From positions 1 through 64,000 of IMG/VR virus record IMGVR_UViG_3300021425_004462: a stretch of 64,000 nt of DNA, one strand, 5' to 3'. The stretch comes from a virus. Shown here piece after piece: positions 44,670 to 53,988 of this stretch. Within the stretch, counting starts at the first letter, position 1; every line of letters begins with the position of its first letter. The notes under the pieces are model-generated. The model saw only the letters and a program-made list of their open reading frames with translations, did no database searches and was not told where the DNA came from. The translations under genes and the position numbers were made by a program.

Positions 44670-45699
44670 TGGCTATAATTTTTTTATTTTTTAATAAAGT
44701 TTTAGGCAATGATTTATGTATTTGATTTATCTTTTCTAGAATAAAAGATCTTTGCTTTTCAGGATTAATGGATTGTAACTTTTCATTCCATAATTTAAAG
44801 TCTGATTCAGACATTTCTCCGAAGTCTTTTTTATTTGGTAGGCATATTGAAATTTGATTCGGGTCATAGTAATTAAGTAGTTTTAAATAATTTTTAATAC
44901 TTGCATTTAATCCACGATTTTCTGATGAATGCTGGTCGTTGTTTAAAGATATGATTATATTGGAAACATTTAAAGCTAACGTCGAGCATATAAGTTTTGA
45001 AGATATGTCTAATCCAAAAGTAACTAAAACGTTTTTATATCCATTTTCATTTAAGTTAAGCATATCACCAATACTCTCGACAAAAATCACTGATTGAGAT
45101 TCATTTATACTTTGCTTTGTTTCTTCGCTTACATATAATGGGTATATCCAACCTTTCTTCTTTCCTATATGCTTCCATTTTGGGCGACCGTCTAGATTCG
45201 ACATGTCTCTACCTGAGAAGCCATGTATTTGATTATACTCATTATAAATTGGAAAAACAAATCTTTTATTTAATTTGCCGCTAGTAGCGAATCCACCTTT
45301 TAACGATTTTAACACTTCTGTAGAAATACCTTTATCATTATAAAATTTATAATGAGGTAATAATTTTTTAAGGCAATCTTCTGGGTATATTTCTTCCATT
45401 TCTAATTTCTCCGAAAAAGTTAATCTATTATAATTTGCACCAATATCTTCTTCATCAACATATTGTTTTATTTGCTTTGGATCATTTGTACCTAATGTTA
45501 TTTCTACGAGACGTTTAAATGGAGAGAAGGCGCTGTTTTGCACATGATCTTTCCAGACCCCCGTATTCTTGTATATTTGTATTGCAGTTTTATTATCTCC
45601 GTTCCTAAAAACTGCATTAGTTTGCCAATAAGCTCCTCTATCTGAAAGTTTATAGCCTAAACTAAGAAGTGATTCTTTAAGTTTTTCTTGAGATATCAT
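44662..45699 (-). CDS. DNA primase (DnaG-like, TOPRIM)
   Basis: RFVFPI...GFSGR...PKWKH, VESIGD, KKDFGEM; adjacent to the helicase. Confidence 0.85.
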   Translation of the reverse strand: MISQEKLKESLLSLGYKLSDRGAYWQTNAVFRNGDNKTAIQIYKNTGVWKDHVQNSAFSPFKRLVEITLGTNDPKQIKQYVDEEDIGANYNRLTFSEKLEMEEIYPEDCLKKLLPHYKFYNDKGISTEVLKSLKGGFATSGKLNKRFVFPIYNEYNQIHGFSGRDMSNLDGRPKWKHIGKKKGWIYPLYVSEETKQSINESQSVIFVESIGDMLNLNENGYKNVLVTFGLDISSKLICSTLALNVSNIIISLNNDQHSSENRGLNASIKNYLKLLNYYDPNQISICLPNKKDFGEMSESDFKLWNEKLQSINPEKQRSFILEKINQIHKSLPKTLLKNKKIIANE

Positions 45700-47213
45700 T
45701 AAATATTTGGAAGTTCCTCCATAAATCCTTGTACTGCTTCAACTCCTTCGGAATCCATATGGTCAACCAAGTCTTGAAGGTCTCCACGCTCTTCAAGTGC
45801 AAAATTTTCCATATGAAGGTTGATGTAGTTTTTTCTTTTGCTTCCATCAGGCATTTCTACTGGTTGTAGTGCCCTATGAACATCTTTGCCTAGCCATCTG
45901 TATTTTAAGCAGATTAACTTATGCGTACCAAAGCCTTCAGGCTCTGATTGAATTTCGTCCATTGTTTTCTGTCGTAATAAAAACAAGTGGGAACAGAATT
46001 GCGTAATTTGATCAGAAAGGGAAACAATACTTTCATCATCGACTACATTTTCGGCGCTACGATTATTTGTAATACCGAGTCTATTACTCTGAACACTAGT
46101 TAGCATTGCAACTGTCGGGGCATCATTAAAGCATAATTCTTTTTGGATTAATTGCTTAAACTTATCAACCATTCTACCCACGGTTTCCCATGAGCTTGCT
46201 CCGTTTTGCCTTTCATATGTTGTTTTAATGTAATCGAAGCTAAAGATCATTTTATTCCCGCGACCTATTTCCGAATAATAGAATCTACGAATAATATTCA
46301 ACATACTATCGATGCTATGACCTGCGACGTTATAATAGTAGAATTTAAAGTTTTTAATCTTGTTCCATGTCTGTCTGACTTTATCAACAATCTCTTGTCC
46401 TGCCTGTCTCCACCTACCTGTTTCAAGTAAGTGCATTGGTACTCCAGATAAAGCAGAGCATTGTCTTATTATAAGTTCTTCTTTACTCATCTCTCCATTA
46501 TCAAAATGAAGTACTGGGACGTGCCCATTAATTGAAGATACTTTTGTGCAAAAGTCCATACAAAATTGCGTTTTACCTACCCCTGCCCTTGCGACTACAA
46601 CGGTTATGTTTCCTGGGCGCAATAAAGAACCATATAATTCATTTACTCTTTGATGCGGGCCCATTAAACCAAATTCATCAATAGGGTTATTGCCCCTGTC
46701 TTCGATAAAATCTTCCATTTCATCAAATAAGTTTTCTGGCTTATTTGACCCTATTTCATAAAGGTTAACTTTATCGTTATATATTTTATCTGCTTCACTG
46801 ACAATGTCGTCAAATGAAGCGCTACTAGATAATGATTTCATATTTTTAGCAACTTGTAAAGAGGAGTTATGTATCTCTCTTCGGACTGTTATTTTTTTAA
46901 GCTCTTGCGCCGCCTTTAAGACACCTTCTTTAGAGATCTGCCTTAAAGATAAGGCTTTGATATAATCTGCGATATTTATGTTATCCTCGAAGGATATATT
47001 TAAAGATTGAACTCTTTGGGTTAGAATTACTTCATCTAAAGACTCTGCTTGCTCTAGACTTTGTCTTAAAACACAAAAAATGGTTTTATTTACAATAGTG
47101 TTACTGTCAAAAAAATCTTTTTCATCTATGAAGGAGGCAATTAGAGGATAAGATTCTGGGTATTTTATTAGGCCCGCTATTAAGTGTTGTTCTAGTTCAT
47201 ATGAATATACCAT
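45699..47213 (-). CDS. dnaB: Replicative DNA helicase
   Basis: ELEQHLIAGL N-domain, ARAGVGKT, EMS, FDYIK, QSNR. Confidence 0.9.
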   Translation of the reverse strand: MVYSYELEQHLIAGLIKYPESYPLIASFIDEKDFFDSNTIVNKTIFCVLRQSLEQAESLDEVILTQRVQSLNISFEDNINIADYIKALSLRQISKEGVLKAAQELKKITVRREIHNSSLQVAKNMKSLSSSASFDDIVSEADKIYNDKVNLYEIGSNKPENLFDEMEDFIEDRGNNPIDEFGLMGPHQRVNELYGSLLRPGNITVVVARAGVGKTQFCMDFCTKVSSINGHVPVLHFDNGEMSKEELIIRQCSALSGVPMHLLETGRWRQAGQEIVDKVRQTWNKIKNFKFYYYNVAGHSIDSMLNIIRRFYYSEIGRGNKMIFSFDYIKTTYERQNGASSWETVGRMVDKFKQLIQKELCFNDAPTVAMLTSVQSNRLGITNNRSAENVVDDESIVSLSDQITQFCSHLFLLRQKTMDEIQSEPEGFGTHKLICLKYRWLGKDVHRALQPVEMPDGSKRKNYINLHMENFALEERGDLQDLVDHMDSEGVEAVQGFMEELPNI

Positions 47214-47219
47214 GTTCGT

Positions 47220-47248
47220 ATGGTATCATATATTATGAATTTAGTCAA
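47220..47248 (-). promoter_or_regulatory. sigma70-type promoter, predicted leaderless
   Basis: TTGACT-N17-TACCAT, 6 nt before ATG 47213. Confidence 0.7.
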
Positions 47249-47526
47249 GAGATTTCTTCATCACCAAAATCATTTAGGGGATCCAAGTGTATTTCTTGTG
47301 CAGAAACTTGTTCTAAGTATTGCTCAAGGGCTTTTCGTAATCCCATTTCTATAATTGGAGAATTAGCTTTTGTAATAATTGAGGGTAAACCTTCTTGGTT
47401 TACATATGATAAAATAAATCCGCTGTCTCCACCTGTGGACCCTGAGAATTCGAAAAGTTGGGTAATAATATTTTCAGGCAAGTTAAATGGCTCCAGTTTT
47501 TCTGGGTCAATGTGTTCTTCATTCAT
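47245..47526 (-). CDS. Hypothetical acidic protein
   Basis: 93-aa ORF with its own GTGTA element. Confidence 0.7.
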   Translation of the reverse strand: MNEEHIDPEKLEPFNLPENIITQLFEFSGSTGGDSGFILSYVNQEGLPSIITKANSPIIEMGLRKALEQYLEQVSAQEIHLDPLNDFGDEEIS

Positions 47527-47536
47527 AATATGTTAT

Positions 47537-47541
47537 TACAC
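47537..47541 (-). promoter_or_regulatory. GTGTA putative phage promoter element
   Basis: 10 nt before ATG 47526. Confidence 0.65.
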
Positions 47542-47544
47542 ATA

Positions 47545-47955
47545 TTAAAGATGAACACCAAAGTTTTCGAATAGTTTTTCATTTAATTTATCTTCTTCGT
47601 ATATTTCAATTAACTGAATATCATTTAGTTCGCAAAATTTAAGTTTGTCTTGATCTCTTTTTAATTGATTAATATAATTAATCTTATTCTTTCCATGGAA
47701 GAAGGGGACGTATTTTGTATGCTGTTTTCCTTGCACTTCAACCGCAATTTTTTTATTTGCATTATAAAAATCTAAAGAAAGTTTTGTTCCTGCAACAGGA
47801 AACTCTTCAAATACAATATGGTTGCTCCAATATTCTTTAAGAAACTGTTTGGTTCTGTATTGTATTTTACTTCGACTTGGCCCATCCCAGTTAATTAAAT
47901 AATTTTTAGCCTTTTTAACAGTTCTAGTTCCTCCAAATAAAGTCTTAAAGCGCAT
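47545..47955 (-). CDS. Vsr/DUF559-like endonuclease
   Basis: LDFY...IAVEVQGKQH...RDQDK..FCE. Confidence 0.8.
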   Translation of the reverse strand: MRFKTLFGGTRTVKKAKNYLINWDGPSRSKIQYRTKQFLKEYWSNHIVFEEFPVAGTKLSLDFYNANKKIAVEVQGKQHTKYVPFFHGKNKINYINQLKRDQDKLKFCELNDIQLIEIYEEDKLNEKLFENFGVHL

Positions 47956-49051
47956 TAGTTAAATTCTTAAAATCTTGATACAGAAAATCCGAAAGTTTTT
48001 CGTTTTCTTCTAGATAATCAATCAACCTTTGCTCTCCTTGAAATTTTTCATTTATTTCTAGCTTTTTATCAGAAAGTTCTTTAATTAAATCTTCCGAAAC
48101 AGATATCCACGCGCCTTTCTTTTCTATTAAATTAAAAAGATATAACATGTCAAGAATTTCTCTAGCTCTCCATACTGACTTACCGTCTTTTTGTCCGTAT
48201 TTAATTGGATACCTTACTGAAGATCCAGTTTTTTCATTTACACTTTTCCTGAATTTAATCTTACAGTAATGCCCTATAGGTTCACCTTTATCATCTAATT
48301 TTGTTGCGGTTGGGTTTTTAAAAATTAAATCAGAAGTATAACGCTCTTCAAATTCTAGAATAAAGTTCGCGTAGTGCTTGATTGCATTACCTCCTGCCTG
48401 CTTGACTTTTGGGCCTCCTCTAGACGCGTAGGGATTAGTTGCTACTTCAACTCTAACTTGACTAGTTAAAATCATTGTGTGACCCATTTTTGTTATAGGT
48501 AAAACCATTTTCTTTAAAAATACAGAAGTTATTAATGCTCCTCCTGCAACTTGCTCTGATTCTGCGAAAGGCTTATCAATATCATTTACTCTGCATAATG
48601 CATCAACACTATCGATTATGAACATATATTTCTTGTTGTGCTCATTATGAAAAACCAATTCTCTTATTAATTCGAAGACTTTTTCAAATACATTACAATC
48701 AAAAACGAAGAATTTTTCTGGATCTGTGTCTATTCCTGATCTTTCGATCATCTCGGGACTAAACCTTCCCTCGCTTTTGATATAAATTATCATACCTTCT
48801 TTTTTAAACATTTTTTGAAAGTTTTTAGCGAAAGCCATAGCACAGCTAGTTTTCCCCCCTTCATTTATACCTGTAAATCGATGCGCTCCACCAGGTAAAC
48901 CTCCTCCTAATGCTATATCTAGATTCAAGCTTCCGCTTGGAATTTTATATTCTTCACTTTCATGAAAATTATAATGATATTTTTGATTATCTTTGTCCGA
49001 TAAGAATTTAGATATTTGATCTGTAGTTTTAATTTCTTTAGTTTTGCTCAT
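47945..49051 (-). CDS. recA: RecA/UvsX-like recombinase
   Basis: SGSLNLDIALGGGLP, GINEGGKT, IIDSV, SQVR, GGNAIKHYA, KKGAW. Confidence 0.9.
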   Translation of the reverse strand: MSKTKEIKTTDQISKFLSDKDNQKYHYNFHESEEYKIPSGSLNLDIALGGGLPGGAHRFTGINEGGKTSCAMAFAKNFQKMFKKEGMIIYIKSEGRFSPEMIERSGIDTDPEKFFVFDCNVFEKVFELIRELVFHNEHNKKYMFIIDSVDALCRVNDIDKPFAESEQVAGGALITSVFLKKMVLPITKMGHTMILTSQVRVEVATNPYASRGGPKVKQAGGNAIKHYANFILEFEERYTSDLIFKNPTATKLDDKGEPIGHYCKIKFRKSVNEKTGSSVRYPIKYGQKDGKSVWRAREILDMLYLFNLIEKKGAWISVSEDLIKELSDKKLEINEKFQGEQRLIDYLEENEKLSDFLYQDFKNLTNAL

Positions 49052-49376
49052 CTATAAATTGCCTGATTGTTTTTGTCTTTTTAGATACTAACTTATCTTC
49101 TCCAAATTTCTTGCCAATTTTAATATTTTCTTTTGGAGGTATTTTATAATTAAATTCTCTATATTTTTTTCTTATCTTTTTTAAGCCCATGGGACTTCTT
49201 AGCAATGCTAGAGAATTAGATTTAGGTAGCGAGACCTTTTCCCAAAATTCTATTTGAGGGAACATTTCTAATAAATCATTTAGAATTTTCATTTCCCTTG
49301 CCCAAAAAAATCTTTTTTGAGTTTTAGGCTCTTCTACTAATTTTTTTATTAGATCTTTTTTATGAGTCTGCTTCAC
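49038..49376 (-). CDS. Hypothetical basic protein
   Basis: GTG start 6 nt after the putative -10; first gene of the recA operon. Confidence 0.7.
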   Translation of the reverse strand: MKQTHKKDLIKKLVEEPKTQKRFFWAREMKILNDLLEMFPQIEFWEKVSLPKSNSLALLRSPMGLKKIRKKYREFNYKIPPKENIKIGKKFGEDKLVSKKTKTIRQFIDEQN

Positions 49377-49382
49377 TCATAA

Positions 49383-49411
49383 ACATTAACATATATATAT
49401 TTTTTTGTCAA
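49383..49411 (-). promoter_or_regulatory. sigma70-type promoter, predicted leaderless
   Basis: TTGACA-N17-TAATGT. Confidence 0.6.
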
Positions 49412-51489
49412 GAAATAAATTCGTATGTTGGCTTTTGCTGTCTATATGATCTATTATCTAATCTTGAGTCAAGATATTTTCTTATGCTTGTGTCAAAAAC
49501 TTTTCTCATTAAGGGGGTTTCTTGGTTTGGGCATAAATCATCTATCTCTGCAGCAAGCGCTTGACAATTTAGTATGTCAGCTTTAGAAAAATCTATTTCT
49601 CTTGTAAACTTATGAGAGCCCTTTAGTGATGATGGGATTACAACTTCAAAGCCGTTGGGCGTATTGGATTTTATTATTAAATCTTTTTCCTTGGATGAAT
49701 TCAATTGATTTAAGGCTTTTTCTTTTTCTTTTTCTAGTGAATCAATTGACTTTTGTAGTTCTGATATTTGATTCTGATGTGTTTTTAGATTTTTATTTTC
49801 TTCACTTAATTGTTTTTTTTCCTTATTTAATCTTTGTATGTTTTGGTCTTTGTAAGTTATTTTTTGGTTTAATTCTTTAATTAATATTTTATTTTGAGAA
49901 TTTTCTTTTAATGTGTCACTTTCTTTAGATTTCAGTAAATCAATTTCTGATAATATGTCTTGAAGTTTTAACTCGCAAGACTGCATATCTTTCTTTGTTG
50001 CAGAAAGAGCTTCTTTATGATTATTATGTTTAATTGCAATTTTTTTAATTTCTTGAATATCTGTTTTAAATTTTGAAGCTTTATCTAAAACTTTTTTCTT
50101 TTCTATTTTAAGTTCTTCTAATTCAACTTTTCTCTTTTCTCGCTTAGCTTCTAGTTTAGCTATCTCTTCCTTAATTGGTGAATGTTGTTCAATTTCTAGA
50201 GCATATTTTTCAGCTTCTATTTTAGCTTCTCTTGAGGACTCTTTGTATTTTTCAAGCTCTTGTTTGTATAAATTGATTTGAGATTCTTTTAATTCAATGA
50301 TCTTCTCTTCTTGTTCGAGGTCTTTTTTCTTTTCTCTAAGCTGACTTTCTTGTTCTTCAAGTTCTTTGGATAAAATTTTAATCTCAGCATTTTTTGTGAT
50401 TATTTGACTTTCATCTATTTGTAAGCCTGGAAATCTTTTCATTAAGCTGATATGAGCAGCAAGAACAAGTAATACCGCAAGGGGGTCAAATACGAAAATA
50501 AGTATTATTATAACTATTCTTACTGCTTTACCCATATCGAACTCTACCCCAGTGAAATCAGATATAAGTTCAGCAACATATTTAATGGGTCCAACTTCAG
50601 CTTCTAGTTGCCTTGAGCCATCGTCATAATTGAATTTTTCTTTTTCTAATTCATCAATTTTATTTAAAGATTCAGCTATCTTATTATTATATTCTTCTAT
50701 TTTATTTTTGACTTCATCAGGTTTATCAAATCCAATGGATTGATATTCTTGTATTCTTTTTCTGATGTCTGAAATTAAAGAAGATGTCTCGTTTCTGTAT
50801 TTAGATATACGCGCTTCTATTTCACTTTTCTTTTTACTTAATTCAGCTCTTTCCTCTGCTTGGTCTGCAGTAATTTGCTCTAGATCCTTCTTTTTGCTAG
50901 AAAAAAGCCCTCCAGATTTACTTTTAATAGAATTAAGTTCTTCGTTTAATTTATCAATTCTAGATTCAATAGGAATTAACATTTTGTTGTCCAACTCAAT
51001 ATCTTTTTCTAGTTGTTTCGTAAGTTGATCTATCTTTTTTTGTTCTAAATTGATATTTTCTTGGCTTTTGTCGTTTAAGTTTTGATTGCTATTTTCTGCC
51101 TGAGTGATTAGATCTTTTTGTCTTAAAATGAAATCTTTTTCTCTTTGTATTTTATTTTCTACTTGAGTGGCTAGCGCGATATTTTTCTCGGCATTAGCCT
51201 CGTGCTCTATGTGAGACTTAGAAAGGAATCCAAAAATTCCCATGCTGGTAATCCCCATGAGAACTAGTATTGCCGAAAATAAATATATTTTTATAGTTTT
51301 TGGAGCGGAACTCCAATTATTGTGAAGCCATATTGCTGCAATAATTTTTCCAACTTCTAAGGCTGCACCCATAGCTATAACGGCTTCTATTGAGCCGGGG
51401 AAAATTGTAGCTAAACCTATTATGCTAAAATAAGCCGCTATACAAGAAATACTTAATGCGGATAATAATGTCAATATTGCAAAGATCAT
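49408..51489 (-). CDS. Membrane-anchored long coiled-coil protein
   Basis: N-terminal TMs (AAYFSIIGL, ITSMGIFGFLSK), EAEVGPIKY, IFVFDPLAV TM, extensive heptad repeats. Confidence 0.75.
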   Translation of the reverse strand: MIFAILTLLSALSISCIAAYFSIIGLATIFPGSIEAVIAMGAALEVGKIIAAIWLHNNWSSAPKTIKIYLFSAILVLMGITSMGIFGFLSKSHIEHEANAEKNIALATQVENKIQREKDFILRQKDLITQAENSNQNLNDKSQENINLEQKKIDQLTKQLEKDIELDNKMLIPIESRIDKLNEELNSIKSKSGGLFSSKKKDLEQITADQAEERAELSKKKSEIEARISKYRNETSSLISDIRKRIQEYQSIGFDKPDEVKNKIEEYNNKIAESLNKIDELEKEKFNYDDGSRQLEAEVGPIKYVAELISDFTGVEFDMGKAVRIVIIILIFVFDPLAVLLVLAAHISLMKRFPGLQIDESQIITKNAEIKILSKELEEQESQLREKKKDLEQEEKIIELKESQINLYKQELEKYKESSREAKIEAEKYALEIEQHSPIKEEIAKLEAKREKRKVELEELKIEKKKVLDKASKFKTDIQEIKKIAIKHNNHKEALSATKKDMQSCELKLQDILSEIDLLKSKESDTLKENSQNKILIKELNQKITYKDQNIQRLNKEKKQLSEENKNLKTHQNQISELQKSIDSLEKEKEKALNQLNSSKEKDLIIKSNTPNGFEVVIPSSLKGSHKFTREIDFSKADILNCQALAAEIDDLCPNQETPLMRKVFDTSIRKYLDSRLDNRSYRQQKPTYEFIS

Positions 51490-51725
51490 TGCGGCTTATA
51501 GTTCGAGTTGGGCGGCTGTATTTTGTTAGTAGGATCTACCGTTGATAAACTAGGCCTATTTGAGTTAGCAAAATCGCCTTTGTTATCATTTCCGTAGTAA
51601 CCTTTTTCTCCTTTTTGAAGAGAAGGGTTGTTTTTTTGTTGGCTTGGATAGTCATATTGACCTGGAGATGACTCTCTATTGTCATTCGGGTATCTGAAAT
51701 TTGGGTCTTCGTTTGGTTTACTCAT
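51486..51725 (-). CDS. Hypothetical low-complexity protein
   Basis: 79-aa ORF, ATGA overlap with the next gene. Confidence 0.6.
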   Translation of the reverse strand: MSKPNEDPNFRYPNDNRESSPGQYDYPSQQKNNPSLQKGEKGYYGNDNKGDFANSNRPSLSTVDPTNKIQPPNSNYKPQ

Positions 51726-51726
51726 A

Positions 51727-51906
51727 TTAGTCTTTACACTCTAAGTCGGTTATTTTCGCGGTAATTGTTTGCCCGTTCTCTAATTCGATAGTTGCAAAGA
51801 TAGCTCCGTCATCTGGCCCTCCGATTTCTTCATATTCATGTATGATTTTTCCGACCATTTCTACGCCATTAACTCTAACTATGCACATTTTGGGTTTTTT
51901 ATTCAT
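51727..51906 (-). CDS. Hypothetical small beta-rich protein
   Basis: ATG 51906 is 10 nt after GTGTA. Confidence 0.6.
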   Translation of the reverse strand: MNKKPKMCIVRVNGVEMVGKIIHEYEEIGGPDDGAIFATIELENGQTITAKITDLECKD

Positions 51907-51916
51907 TATTCTTATA

Positions 51917-51991
51917 TACACTATCATTGTCTTTAGAAAGTTCAAAAGTTAACTTTGGACTTTTATTAGACTTTGCTTTAACTTTTGTGTA
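51917..51991. promoter_or_regulatory. Divergent GTGTA elements flanking an ACTTT-repeat/palindrome region
   Basis: Minus GTGTA 51917-51921, plus GTGTA 51987-51991, palindrome AAAGTTAACTTT at 51945-51956. Confidence 0.65.
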
Positions 51992-52000
51992 TTATAATTG

Positions 52001-53986
52001 ATGAGCAAGAGAAAATACGTAAAGCGTTCGGATTATTGGAATAAATTTAATAAACAATCTGAGCCAGATTTGAATTCTTTAATTAATATACCTATTTCAG
52101 AGCCTTTTAGTTCGGGCGAGCCTTATTACTCGGAGTCGACGGCCTCTAGCTATATGAGAACTGAATCTAAATCAGATGGCCTAGCTTCGAGGAGAAACTC
52201 TGTTCATAAAAGTAATAAAAAGTTTAGGTTTTCTAATATAGCTGGAGGAATGCTTCCTTATGTTTATGGTAATGATGGGGTTAATGTAAGAGATACAATA
52301 GAGCTTTGTCAGAAAGCTTATGCCAATATATCTGTTTTTAGAAATGCTATTGATGTAATGTCTGAGTTTGCTAATTCAAATCTTTATCTTGAGGGAGGGA
52401 CTCAAAAATCTAGAGACTTTATATACAAATGGTTTGATAAGGTTAACTTGTGGAACCTTAAAGATCAATATTTCAGGGAATACTATAGAAGTGGTAATAT
52501 ATTTTTATATAGAGTAGATGGAGAATTTTCTAAAACAGATTTTGATAAATTGAGTAAAATATATGGGTCAACGATATCTTTGAAGCCTGGCAAATTGCCC
52601 GTAAAGTATATCGTTCTAAATCCTTACGATATTGTGGCGGCGAGAGGGTCTTCGTTTGAAACTGCATTGTATGAAAAAATATTATCTGAATATGATATTG
52701 AAAGATTAAAAAATCCAAAGACTGAATATGATCAACAAGTCTATGAAGCTTTAGATGATGCTACTAAAGAAAAAATTAAAAATGGAAAGTATAATCAAGA
52801 CGGAATTAGGGTAAAATTAGATCCTGGGCATTTAGTATATTCTTTTTATAAAAAACAAGATTATGAGCCTTTTGCAATTCCTTTTGGGTATCCCGTATTG
52901 GATGATATTAATTTTAAATTAGAGTTAAAGAAGATTGATCAAGCTATTTGTAGAACAATAGAAAATGTAATTCTTCTCATCACAATGGGCGCAGAGCCTG
53001 ATAAGGGCGGCATTAATCCTAGAAATATGGAAGCGATGCAAAATTTATTTAAAAACGAAAGCGTAGGAAGGGTGCTTGTGAGCGATTATACAACTAAGGC
53101 TCAATTTATTATTCCTGATATTGGTAAAGTTGTTGGTCCTGCAAAATATGAAGTTATTAATAATGACATTAAAGAGGGTTTGCAGAATGTTATTGTTGGT
53201 GATGAACGATATAGTAATACTCAGGTTAAGGCTAAAATATTTTTAGAAAGATTGAAGGAATCTAGAAACGCTTTTATTTACGATTTTCTTCAACCGCAAA
53301 TTAAAATGATTTGCCAAAACTTGGGATTCAGGAAGTATCCTAAAGTAAAATTTGAAGAAACAGATATAAAAGATGAAGTGCAACTTCAAAGAGTTGCAAC
53401 AAGATTGATGGAGTTAGGAATTATAACTCCGCAACAAGGTATGACCGCTTTAGAGAAAGGTATATATCCTGATCCTGAAGAATTAGAATCTGCTCAAAGA
53501 GAGTATGTTGAACAAAGGAAAGACGGTTTGTATAATCCTATAGTTGGAGGGGTACCAATGATAACTCCCGGAACAGATGACTCTCCGACTTCTAAAGAAA
53601 ATCAAGTTAAGAATGAAGTTGGTAGGCCGGTAGGGACTTCAGATATTCCTCAGGAATCAACTGCGGCTTTATTTAGTAGAGAAAATATACAAGATGTAAT
53701 TTATAGTTCTGAAAACCTTCAGAGGTTTGCTGTTTTAGAAATGAAAAATAAACTTGGAAAAAAGAGACTTAAGAAGGGAGAAAAAAATATGGTTGATGAG
53801 CTTTGTCAATCAGTTATACTTTCGACGGATACAGATAATTGGGAGAATCAAATAGAGGAATGTATTAATGATCCAAATAATATAGAAAGTTTGTACCCTA
53901 TGGCTGGGGTTCAGGATTTAGCATCTGAGCATGGGCTTGATCTATATTCTGCTGCATTGTTATATCACAGTAAGAAAAGGACTTAA
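52001..53986 (+). CDS. Portal protein
   Basis: CQKAY..FRNAIDVM, FREYYRSGN.F.Y, KKQDYEPFAIP, GRVLVSDY, GRP tail; size and pattern typical of phage portals. Confidence 0.8.
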   Translation: MSKRKYVKRSDYWNKFNKQSEPDLNSLINIPISEPFSSGEPYYSESTASSYMRTESKSDGLASRRNSVHKSNKKFRFSNIAGGMLPYVYGNDGVNVRDTIELCQKAYANISVFRNAIDVMSEFANSNLYLEGGTQKSRDFIYKWFDKVNLWNLKDQYFREYYRSGNIFLYRVDGEFSKTDFDKLSKIYGSTISLKPGKLPVKYIVLNPYDIVAARGSSFETALYEKILSEYDIERLKNPKTEYDQQVYEALDDATKEKIKNGKYNQDGIRVKLDPGHLVYSFYKKQDYEPFAIPFGYPVLDDINFKLELKKIDQAICRTIENVILLITMGAEPDKGGINPRNMEAMQNLFKNESVGRVLVSDYTTKAQFIIPDIGKVVGPAKYEVINNDIKEGLQNVIVGDERYSNTQVKAKIFLERLKESRNAFIYDFLQPQIKMICQNLGFRKYPKVKFEETDIKDEVQLQRVATRLMELGIITPQQGMTALEKGIYPDPEELESAQREYVEQRKDGLYNPIVGGVPMITPGTDDSPTSKENQVKNEVGRPVGTSDIPQESTAALFSRENIQDVIYSSENLQRFAVLEMKNKLGKKRLKKGEKNMVDELCQSVILSTDTDNWENQIEECINDPNNIESLYPMAGVQDLASEHGLDLYSAALLYHSKKRT

Positions 53987-53988
53987 TC

